From Camelus dromedarius (Eukaryota), in contig NC_087436.1 of the NCBI RefSeq assembly GCF_036321535.1, positions 68,760,001 to 68,824,000 on the forward strand: a stretch of 64,000 nt of DNA, written 5' to 3'. The notes beneath the pieces were generated by a model that searched no databases, was not told the DNA's origin, and saw only the letters and a program-made list of their open reading frames with translations. Positions within the stretch are counted from its first letter, which is position 1. The number at the start of each line of letters is the position of its first letter. A program made the position numbers and the translations under genes. This document shows positions 12,570-24,186 of this stretch, one piece after another.

Positions 12570-14130
12570 AAGGGGAATCTTTGTCTACCATATGTTTAAA
12601 TATAAATCTACAGTCCTCTAAATAGCTTGATACTGGTACAGGCAAAGATGAATCAGTAGAAGAGAGGAGAGTACAGAAAAAAGAAAAGGAGGAATTTAGT
12701 GGATTTAGGCACAACAGAGAAATCCATTCCCCTATTTAATGTATTGTTTTGGTACCACTGCCTAGCTATTTTAGGGGAAAAAGCAGAATCTGTACTTTAT
12801 TACAAAATAAATTACAGATGAATCAAGATAAAATTATAAAAACTGAAATGATAAAATTACAAAAAAGAAAATGTGAGTGAACATTTTAAAAAGTATTTGG
12901 AGTGGAGAAAGCCATTTTTAACCTGGCACAAAAGTGAGAAATCATGCAAAGATTGATAATTTGGGCTACATTAAAAGTTAAATCTATTTGGCATTTAAAA
13001 AATCCCTAGATTATAAACAAGTTGGAAAGTCAAATCACATATTAGAGAAATATTTGCAACATGGATGACAGGAAAATTTTAACAAGAAAAGAGAAGTCAA
13101 AAGATAAGTCATCGTATGTACCCATTTCATATGATGTAACAAAAATGACACTTTCCCTCTATGGTCTTCCTCCCTAAAACCCAGAACTCCAGTCTAACTG
13201 TAAGATAAACTGTCAGAAAACCCACAGCTGTGGGACATGGTACAAAAACACCTTAGCAGTACTCCTCAAAATTGTCAAGGTTATCAAAAATGAGAAAAAT
13301 CTGAGGAACTATTATAGTCTCCAAAAGCCTAAGGAGACATGACAAGTAAATGTAATTTGGTATTCTGGATGGGATCATGAAACAGAAAAGAATATAAAGT
13401 AAAAACAAAAGAAATCTGAATAAAATATGGAATTGGTTAATAACAATGTATTAACATTGGTTCATTAATTGCAATAAATATACTATCATAATGTAAGATT
13501 TTAATAATAGAGGAAACTATGGATGTAATATATATGAGAACTCTATATTACCTTTGCAACTTTTCTATAATTCTAAAATGCTTCTAAAGTAACATCTTTA
13601 TTAAAATCAAAGAAAAAAATTAAAAATCTCTAGAGAGAAACAAAAAATGCATAAGCCCTATGTTCTGATAATTCTACTTCTGGGGATACATCCCAAAAAT
13701 GTAATCACTCAGGTGTGCAAGCATATATCAACAAGACTGGTTATCAGAATATTTGATACAATAGTGAAAAACTAGAAACAATTTAAATGTCGATCAACAG
13801 AAGACTGGTTAAATAAAATGTTATACAACTGCACACTATAATACTGTTTAGTTATTTTAAATGACATATTTCTTAATTCATTGATATTTATATACCTCTG
13901 TGGCACATTTGTGAGAGAAAAGTAGTAATAAACAAGAATGTATAGTCTGATTCCATTGACAGAAAATTATGTCTTTGTGCATGTATGATTATGTAGTTTG
14001 CATAGAAAGGCACTTGGAACATCAAAATATTAATAGTGGATATAGCTGAGTATTGAGATTTTGTGCATATTTCTTTCTTTATATTTCTTGAATGCCCTGA
14101 ATTTTCTACATTTTTGCATTATCTTTATAA
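12570..14130 (+). mobile_element. Old LINE-1 (L1ME-like) with a nested L1MC-like 3' end (about 13105-13610)
   Basis: L1 ORF2-end motifs; nested segment gtactcctcaaaattgtcaaggttatcaaaaatgag...tttgcaacttttctataattctaaaa. Confidence 0.75.
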
Positions 14131-15412
14131 GAGAGAAAATACTAAAATTATTTTCATTTTGATGACAGGGTTTACATATACATTATGATTTACTTTATAG
14201 ACCATTTTTGAGACTAATTCAATAATAACAAATCGTATAAAATTTTGTCTTTGGGGATTGTATTCTAAAGACTTACTATCTTCCAAAGGTGCTGGTAGTG
14301 CTTTTCAAAATAAATTTATTTATTTCAAGTTTTTTGCATTGCTGAATATATGTTATATGTTATGCTTTAAGCTGTTTCTTTCCAAATTTGGCAATTTTAC
14401 ATGCGCTATATGAAGGATGAGCTGACCTGTCTGATCTTTCTGGCGGGAACTGAGTGATCTCTTTAGGGCCAAGGACGTCTCTGGCATCTTGCTATAATGA
14501 CAAATAGCTGAGTTCTAATTCCCTATAATAAAGCTGAGATTCTCAATATGAACACTTTCAGTTTGCTCCCTTTATTAAACTGGGTACACAGTTGAAACTT
14601 TACAAGATGTTTTTGTATGGTTATGAGAACTTCGTTATGAATAACTGTCCTCAGACTGGCCTCCTGAGATATATATCTCCAGTGGCTTCTTGAAGAAATT
14701 GAAGAAAGTCCATTGGTTTGAAGTCTGAGCAGTGGGATCTCATGACACAAATGATGAAACTAAATATTCCTATTGATTTTTTAAAGAACAGATTGGGAAG
14801 AGAAGGTAGGAAGTTGGGGAGGTGGATTGCTTTGGTAGGCCTAAAACAGAAGCTTTATCTGCATTTCCCCATTTTCTGGAATACTTCCTATTCAAGCTTT
14901 TAACCCGTTGGCTTTCTTCTGGACCACTATAATGAGCTTCTAACTAGTCTTACTGTGTGCAGGCTCTTCTCTTTATAATCTAATTTTTACATCTCTGAAC
15001 ACAAATCTGTCAGAGCCTGTTACCATCATGTTGCCTCTAGTGCAAGACTTTTTGTCTGCAAAATAAAGCTCAATCTTGTTGGCTAAGCACATTCTCTTCT
15101 CTTTGCCTTGGCTCATGGTTTAGCTGTAGTGTGCCCTACTCATCCCTATAGCCAGCCAGAAAAGTCGTCTTTTGTAAGAAGCTGTCAGTGGTCTCCATGG
15201 CTGGATATAATTTATCTTTTCACCACAAACTCACATCTGTGTTGCTATCTTGCCACATACTAAATATCTTGGGTTATAAATATCTGTAGGTGTGTTTCAT
15301 CTCCCGTGTTAGACTAAGCTCCACAAGGGCAGGATCCAGCATCTACTCCACTTTTTGTATGTCTACGGCATTTGGCAGGATTGATGCTTGATAAATGTTT
15401 ATTGAAGAAACA

Positions 15413-15530
15413 GGAGGAATATATGTATGTATATGGATGGCTGAAACATTATGTTGTACACCAGATATGGACACATTGTAAGCTGACCATATACTTCAAT
15501 CAAAAAATAATAAAGAATAAAAATTAAAAA
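15413..15530 (+). mobile_element. Truncated LINE-1 3' end abutting the exon 3 donor
   Basis: atatatgtatgtatatggatggctgaaacattatgttgtacaccaga...acacattgtaagctgac...cttcaat plus A-rich tail. Confidence 0.75.
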
Positions 15531-15535
15531 CTTAC

Positions 15536-15654
15536 CATAGATTCAATTCTTCCACAGAAATTTCTATATTTCTGTGTAACTGGTGAACTTAACTCATCAC
15601 TGTATTCAACATTTAGGATTTTAAAGCTGCTATGGTAAAAATAAGATTTTTGAT
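15536..15654 (-). CDS. TMPRSS11D: TMPRSS11D exon 3, SEA domain start
   Basis: ttatag|ATCAAAAA...TCTATG|gtaagt; 119 nt; DQKSYFYHSSFKILNVEYSDELSSPVTQKYRNFCGRIESM. Confidence 0.95.
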
Positions 15655-17567
15655 CTATAAAACAAAGAAAAGTCAGAATCATTCTCACATTGCTACGTAA
15701 TCTTTATACAGGATTACAAGAGGTTATATTATACAATTAAAAATTTTTCTTTCCTTGAAAGAAAGAAAACTCTAAACAATATAAATGTAACTATAAAAAA
15801 ATTATTTTTCAGTTTTTGAAAAGATTGGCAAAGCTGAAACTTGAAAGTATATGAAAATCAGAACAGTATTATTTGAGAAATTAAATTGTTCAGAAGTATA
15901 ATTTTCATTCTTACTATATTTTAGGGAGATTTGTGATTGCAGATTTGTTTATGTAAGAAATATTAATGTCTATAATATGCTATTATTCGTTTATTATTAA
16001 GGAGTAACCCAAAGTAATTCTGAATAGTTCAAAAATTATTTCAAATGCTATCCTTTTCAAAGGAGTTAGTATCTTGTTAGTAGTTTTTTGGACTAATCTA
16101 CAAAATAACTCTTTTGACAAGATATCTAATCTGGTTGTCCAGTGTGAATTATTTTCATGAAAACAGGGTCTTCCAAAGGTTATATTAAGCTGTGGAAGGA
16201 AATAAAAATCTCTAAACATACTTATACACCTCTTTGAAACATTATGAACATGGATATAACATAATCTCTTAGGCAAAAATCCCTGCTTCCTTTTGAACAT
16301 TCATATACGTAATTTATGCAGAGAAGTATCTCAGAGAAAGAGTTGAGGATCCTGGGGAAAGAGTAGTGTGGTCCGTTGTGGCAGAAGTATGTCTTTCTAA
16401 TACTGTAAGTGGTCACTGGGATACACTTTGAAGATGACTTACTTAGGCTCCTTGCTTTGTGTTTGTGTGACAACACAGTGTCATTAAAAGTGAAAATTCA
16501 TTAGTTTAATCTGAAACTTGATATTTGTTTTTCCTGCCTCTGTAATTCACCTTAGACATAGTTGACTCCAGGTGATTTGATAGCAAAATGTAGTCAAAAA
16601 CAAAATTAAGCCACAACTTCCAAAGTGGATTGACTGAAAAGATTATTCCTAGTTACTGCAATAAATAAATTTCTTCTTGTTCAGTCTCCATACTCACACA
16701 TACCCTTATGCCCTCACAGCCCCCACCCCAGTGATTTAAATGATTTAACAGGATTATAGCTGAAATTAAAAAAAAAAAAAACTCAAAAGTATATTTTCAG
16801 GTTAAAAAAACAGGTTATAACATAGATTATCTAGTGAAACTTGACACATTATATCTACATTAAAACATCTGGAAGAATATTTACTGAGATACTAGGTTAA
16901 GTTGTTTGTGAATGAGCAGGGCATATGCATTCTTTATACTGTTTCTTGTCTATGTTTCCTAGTTATTATGACATAATAAAAATTAAAATAAGACAAAAAA
17001 GAACAGAACCCTTTTTAAAGTTTGTTTTTTACCCCTTGCTACTTCTAAACTGCAAATTCATCTCCTGTCATAACTGTCCTGCTCCTAAGATTGTTTTCAG
17101 GAGACGGGGCATGAATTAATGAATACTTAGGTACATCCAACTTCTAGATGTTGAAACTTAAGTTTCTTTGTAATATTTTATTTTTACAACTTTATCAGGT
17201 TATTAAATGAAGAAGGAAATCATATTAATGAAAAACAATATGAACTAACTCTAGCATCATGAAAGTATTGAGAGTTTTTTTTCCCTTGGCTAGAATAATT
17301 CTTGCCTGGGTAATAATGTTGTTTAGTATACTAAAAAAAAAAAAAAAAAAAAAAAAGCACCCCCCCCCAAAAAAAGAGAAGAGAAAAAATGCTGAATTAG
17401 AGAAAATATAGACATGAGCATATATTTTTAGAGGTATATAAGAAACATAATTATCTTATATTAAGAAATAAAAGTGGCAATAAAAGAGAGAATGCCAGAC
17501 TTTTAATCTGAAGGTATATTTAGTTAATTCATTTGAAAAGTGGTACTTCCAGTCTTCTGGTACTTAC

Positions 17568-17689
17568 CAAAAGCAAAAAAGTAGACAAGTAGACCTATGA
17601 TCAATGCCAGGATCACCACCACTGCGATGACAACAAAACACACTATGAATGGGTTCAGGGATCTTGAGGCCGATGGCACCCGTGCTGGC
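17568..17689 (-). CDS. TMPRSS11D: TMPRSS11D exon 2, transmembrane signal-anchor
   Basis: ttctaag|GCCAGCACGG...GCTTTTG|gtaagt; 122 nt; encodes PARVPSASRSLNPFIVCFVVIAVVVILALIIGLLVYFFAF. Confidence 0.95.
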
Positions 17690-20600
17690 CTTAGAAAGGG
17701 GAAGAAAATCGGAGGCCACTCATTTCACTTAGAGAATCCATCATTTTAGTGCTCATGATCATTTTCTGCCTTCCTAAGCCTCTTAGCTTGCACGTGGCTC
17801 TATTTATAGAAAAGTGACTGGTTTTTGATAGGAATATTGTTTTGAAAATGAGACGGAACTGAATAACACTCTCCTTAATGTTTTTTCTTTCCAATTTTTT
17901 TCAGCACTAAAATGTTGACATTTAGGTAGTTTGATAGAAGAATAAGTGAATCTGACCTGTGGTATGCAATTGCTTTTCCTTCTTCTGCCAGTTGATGAAG
18001 TTCTCAAGAATAATAATAACTCTTTTCTATTTTACTACAACTTCTTCCAAGACCCTATGTTGGACACTGCTATAGTAAGCTCCCTTATCTGGGCACCATC
18101 CCCAGGGATGTGCTGAAGAGGGATCATTTTGAGTAGAGAGAGGGGTGGATGGAGTCAGAACAGTAGCATTTCCCACTGTACTATTCTCCATATTATTAAA
18201 ATAGAGATATGGCCAGAGGCTGAGAGCTGAGATTCAGGAGAGTAGCAGGCACCTGAAATGAATTAGAACTATACCAGCAGCAGAGGATTTGTGTGATTTA
18301 TCATTTTTTTTCACCCATGGATTCATCAATATCAGTGTAAGCCAATAGATTTATACTAACACAGTGTCTGGTATTACATTTGGCATATAACCTAGGCACT
18401 GTTTTCTTCACTGCCTCCCTCCCCACCACCGCACACACTCACACTGGAGAGGTCACCGGAAGAGCTGAGTGTGAATTCCTATTTTATCCCTTGTTTGCTT
18501 GGAGATCTTATTGTCATTTATCTAAGACTTTCTTCATCTGAAAATGGGAATAATACCTGCCTCACAAGGCTGTTTTGAAAATCAGTGAGGTTATGTTAGG
18601 TGTATAAAGTATATATTTCTATTAAATAGGTTATCCACTAAGCTGTGAGAGCCTTGAGGATAAAGATTCTATTCATGTGTATGTTTCTGACACTTTGTAG
18701 GGTGCCTGGCATATATAGGGGGTTCATAGATTTATGATATTTATAAATATTTATTGCATGTGTTAATTCCTGGGTGTGTTTTAGTTTTAAAAGCCTTAAC
18801 AGAGCTAAAAAGCAGTTACATTTGGCCAGAATATAGTCTGGTTTTCATTTCTCTTATTTGTTTTGTTAGCATTCTCGTGTAAGTGTGAAGGGAATGCCAT
18901 CAGATTCCGAGACTTTTAGGTTTCACAGCAGGGTCACCTGGTGGTGTTTGGGCTCTAACTGACTCATACCCTGATGAAAAGGCACTTCCTGGTATTTTAC
19001 ATAGTACTACCTGCACATTGTAAGTTATGTCTCTGAGACCAGTATCATTGCAGAAGTTATTAGAGGTAGATGTAGACTTGCCAACTTTCAATTTTGTTGA
19101 ATAAACATATTAAAAATTACAAAAATTGACCTTGCTCAAACATTATTGTTTAATAAAAGGGCTTTTAAATATATAAAAGTAGGAAGGACTTAATCTCAGA
19201 ATAACAAAAAAGATGTTGTTTAGCTTTAGCTTAGTGATGTCTTTTTATTACATTGCTCTTAAAATTCATTTTGCTAATGACTAGTGAAAACTGACTTTTA
19301 CTGGTCCAGAGTCCAGCATTTGGGAATGACTACTGTAGTGATTTTCTTATAGGAGAAAATTGGCACCTTGACATTTGCTGACTTTTTGATCCTCAGTTTA
19401 CACTTGTGTTTCCTTATGGGTTTGTTGTACCAATGACATGTGGTTACAATTGCTGTGTTTGGCATTGTAAATTTAGTAAATGTCAGTGGTGCTGAGCAGT
19501 AGGAGAGCCAGAAAAAGGCAGAATTGGAGGAAAGCCAACTCAAATAAGTTGCATATTGATTGATTCTCCATCTCAATAACCAGGAAACTGACTGTATTTC
19601 CAGAAATGAGCAGAAGTGTCAAGATTTATGAGTGATAGATTGAGAAGTTCCTAAAAACCAAAGATAAGTTGGAAGTCAACCACCCTCTGTCCCCCCAAAA
19701 AACAACAAAGGCTAGAGTCAGCATATGCTTTAGCTTGGATAAGCCTCCCATGAGAATGACTTTAGTGCCAATTTTGCTTTAGTTCACGGAAAGCATCTTA
19801 AACTCAATGCCTGAAAAACATCATGAGACATATGACTCAATGAACAAAGGGTGTGGACCTCAGATTACCTTAATCTCACAAGCCGTAATTAATTACATAA
19901 GAATGGGTTGCTCCACCCTATAGAAACAGCTGAAGAAATATCTGCTCTCTTGGTAGTAGTGCAACTTGTCATTGAACCTCTGTATGTGGCTGATTATAAA
20001 GCTTATGCCAACATGCACTAAATTGTGTGTAGTATTTACTTTGCAATCTACTAGAGAAAATATATTTGCTAATGCTGTCCGAATTTTGACTCATATGCAA
20101 TGGAAACCTGCAAGCAGATACTTTGCTTTTAAAGCAGGACTCTGACCAATGAAATTCTTAGTGCTTGCATTTAAATAGCAAAACAGATACGCAGTTGTGA
20201 TATTTTTAACCAGCTTCCCCCTCTTTCTTACTCTCTTTCATTGACTTGGAAAATTACATGAATGTTGGAAAACTTATTCTATACTTTCATTATGAGAGCC
20301 TAAGTGTCAGACACTGTGCAGGTATATTGCCAGTCTTCATATTAGCCATAATGTAGGTATTATGATACCTGCTTGAAAGATAGGAAAACTGAAGCTCAGA
20401 GAGTAAATAACTCATAATTTCTCAGGAGTGACAGATTTGGAAATGGAAATCAGGGTGGTTAGAATCAAGGAATGTGGACTTCCTCTGACATACACTTCCT
20501 CCCTCACACTACAAGAGATGGAAAAGCTTTGGGACTCCTATCTCTCCTGATATCACTTGGAGGAGGCTAAGAAAATCAACATCTGTTGAGAGCTTTATTA

Positions 20601-21029
20601 AACTGAATGCTCAGATTTTGTCCTTACACATATTAAATATGCAATAAAATAATTGTTGATTTAATTTTGATTTGAAAGTACACCTTACATTAATATATCA
20701 TATTTATGTACAAATACATGTTAATTTCTGCCATTGGCACATAGTTACAAATATATGGTTGTGGATTAATAGAACCACTTGCCAATAACTTTCCATTATT
20801 TGCAAGAATAGAGGAAAACAGTGACAGGGTAATTGCAAATTCAATTGTATATAATATGTATGTATATAGAGGACTTCTAAACAATTTTGTGTCCACTTAA
20901 ATAAGATATCAGGTATGATAATAAAGATTTGGCCCATGGTTGTTTTCCCGTGATATGCATTCTTCCTTGATGATCCCATACTATGCCATAGTTTCAGCAA
21001 GCATTTAATAAGGTAATATTTCCTAAGAT

Positions 21030-22330
21030 ACATCTTCAGCTCAGACCTCGTTTTTGAGCTCCACACCATCATTTCCAATTATGCATTGGACATCTTATGG
21101 ATGTCCTAAAACCTCCTTAAATACAACAGTTCAGTTCAAAACTGAACTTGCTGTCTTTTTCTCCACCCTGTACTCATGCTTCCCTATTTCTACTATTGAT
21201 AAATGTCACCACCATCTACCTGGTACCTTAAGTTAAAGACCCAGTAATTAGCTGTACCTGCTCCCTCTTGGTAACTTCCCACATTTAAGAGGTCATCAGT
21301 AGATTCTTTTCCTACTGTCTAAATCTCTCTGTCCATTCTGCCTATCTCTTTCTTAATTCTGGCTGCTATCATCTTGCTTGTATTACAAGAAAGGCCTCTT
21401 AACTGATCTCCCTTCTTCCATTAACTAGTCAGTTCATTCAAGAGCTATTTGGTGAGTGACTGCAGTGTTCTAGGCAAAATTTAATTGCTGGGAATACAAT
21501 GAAAAGAAACAGTCATAGCAATCCTCATGGTGTCGGGAGAGAAATGTGTAAGATAAGTAAGTAAAATAAAGGGAACAAAAAAGCAGAGAGGTGGGGAAGG
21601 GGGTGTGTATGGGGGTGCTAAAAATTTAGATTGAGTGACCAGCCTTGTTGAGGAGGTGACATTTGAGTAAAGACTAGAAGGAGTTGAGTGAGCAAGCCAT
21701 GAAAATATCAGGGGGAGAATTATCTAGGCAGATGAACAGCAGTTTGAAAGCCCTGAGCCAGGAGCTCATGCAGTAAGTTTGAGGACCAGCAAGAGAGGCA
21801 GCTGAACTGGAGTGGAGTGAGAAAGTCAGGGGTGGCGGGCACTGAAGGAAAATGAGGGCAGAAAGATAAGAAACTAGGAGTTAGCAGCTCGGGAAAGATC
21901 ACTTAGGGCTTTGCATGTAAGGACGTCGGTCTTTATTTTGAGTGAGACAAGTCTTAGAGGGTATTGAACAAAAGATTAACATCAGATCTATTTCTTTAGT
22001 AGGATCACTCTGGGCACTTTGCAGGGAGTAGTGGCCCTGGGATGCAGTGGGAGACCACTTAGGAGATTATTAAATAATTTAAGTGAGAGATGATGGTAGT
22101 TTAGACAAGGGTGGTAGCAATGGAGGTGGTGAGAAGTGGTCAGAGTCTGGGTATATTTTGCATTTAGACCCTAGAGGATTTGCTGGTGATTCACTTATGA
22201 GATATGGGGAAAAGAGGAATCGACTGAATTAAAGGTTTTTGCTTCTTTCCAATCAATTCTTTACAATTCTTCTAGGGATTTTAAAAATGTAAATCTTAGA
22301 ATCTGGCATCCTCCCCTTCTGATACTTCAT
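21030..22330. mobile_element. L2 (+) interrupted by L2a-like (-) fragment (about 21425-22245)
   Basis: gaggaggtgacatttgagtaaagactagaaggag; gtagtttagacaagggtggtagcaatggaggtggtgagaagtggtcaga. Confidence 0.75.
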
Positions 22331-24039
22331 TTGAAATTTATCTATTGCTCATCAAAGTTCTCAGATGGCATCCAAACTTTCCAGGGCACTTAAGGCTAAT
22401 CAAATCACATCTGCAATTTCAACTTCTGCCACATTCTCACTTGCCACCTAACCCCAGCCAGATCAAATGTCACAGCCGCTTCTGTGTGTGCTGTCTTTTG
22501 CCTGGAAACTTTCATATCTCAGCTGCCTGGATACTTCTCATTTTATCCTTGAAATAATTCAAACATCTTTAATTTCCCACTAGGTAGTTAACTTTTTCTC
22601 CCCTTGCTGCCCCTCATCTGATTTCATAATGCTCAGTGATGTTCTATTATAATCCTTATCCCTTCATGTGCCTGCATCCACATCTGGACTGTGGCTCCTG
22701 AAAGATGGAGATGCATCTTGTCTGCCAGGATATGCCCCATTCCTAGCACAGAACCCATTACAGAGTCCGTATCAGGCATTGCTATGGAAAAGTTGATGAA
22801 TGGCTCTGCAAAAATGGGTTTAAAATAATTTTACTATTGTTTGGAGGGACTTTATATAGGATTGTGTGCCATGCATTCTTACTTTAAACACTGAAAAAAA
22901 TACAGATCAGAGAATAATCTTTGCCATCTATCGGGTGCTTACCGTGTACCTGGCTGAACTTTTTTACATCATTTAATTTAATCCCTGTTTAGAAACCCTG
23001 GTTTACAGATAATGAATGAGAAGCCTAGTTACTTAGCTAGTAAGAGAGTTGGAATGCGAATCCAGGTCTGTCAAGCTCAAACTGCAAGTGGCCACTTCAG
23101 ATAGCAGGAAGTTTTCTGTTAATTATCATGTTGTTATTATTAATTTCTATCACATTTACTACCTTATTGTTGATACTAAGAAATGGAAAGTTCAAAAATA
23201 TTTCTACAGACCTTGTATTGCAGGATACACAAACACACATACTTGAGTATGTATGTGTTTACATTATAAATTGGAGTTATGAAGAATATGAGAAATGTTT
23301 CCAAAGTAGAGGGACTTACTCTGTTTAAATACCTTTCATTAACTCTAGGTGGTTGTCATGAGGCAGGCAATAGAGACTATCCATTTCAATGATTTAATTT
23401 TTTAAGTTGAGGATCACTTTGTTCAAGTTCTCAAAAAGCTTGGAAGCTCAGTGATATAAAATAGATGAAAATAGAGTAGCTTCTCTCTTTGAATTTGAGT
23501 TGTGGGAAAGGGATCCTTTCCTATTTCCAGCAAATCACTGATCTACTCCAATACTTTATTTATCTATTTCTTAAGGTTTTTGTTGTTGTTGTTGTTCTTG
23601 ATAACCTTAAGTATATTCTAAAAGAAAAGAGAGACACAGGATTATTCAGGAATGCACAGCTGGATGATTGCAGAGTCAGTGCCATAGTTTTAAGGATTCT
23701 TGAATATATTTGTTTTATTAAACCATAATGCATTCTGAAAACTCCGGGTTTATATGGAAGATAAAATTCTTATCCTTGAATCACAAACCCACAATATTTT
23801 GTATGTGTGTACCTTTGGAATGCACTGCATGACTTTCTTTTAACTCAATGATTTATTTTCCAATTTAATTTTGTCTTGGGTAGCATTTAAATAAGTTTCC
23901 ATTCCTTGAGGATATAAATCCCTTTATACCAGTTGAGGATACAGAGACTGGGCAAATGGTAAGGGACCTGAACAAGACTATGCTATACTTTTTTGATTAC
24001 TAGGAAAAGAACTTCTCTGGGAGACAGAGACAATTATAA

Positions 24040-24186
24040 AAGGGTGTTCTTTGGGCTGCGTGCAGCTCTACTCTGGGGCACACAGCTTGGCAGGCAGCAT
24101 AGGTGCCATCTTGGCTTTCAGTCTCCCTCTGAGCCAAGCATTTTTGTACACTGCACAAACTGCACAACTGTCCACAACAGGCATGA
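24040..24186. mobile_element. MER91-like hAT-Tip100 fragment
   Basis: ttgtacactgcacaaactgcacaactgtccac terminal motif. Confidence 0.45.

Noticed and set aside
14400..14760. Possible processed pseudogene or transposase fossil
   Set aside because: The frames I examined gave no recognisable protein, and there is no poly(A) or TSD; cannot be supported without a search
17333..17375. Poly(A)/poly(C) run as a retrocopy tail
   Set aside because: No upstream element body or TSD; simple homopolymer
20704..21078. 124-aa ORF
   Set aside because: No recognisable motif or splice context; partly overlaps L2
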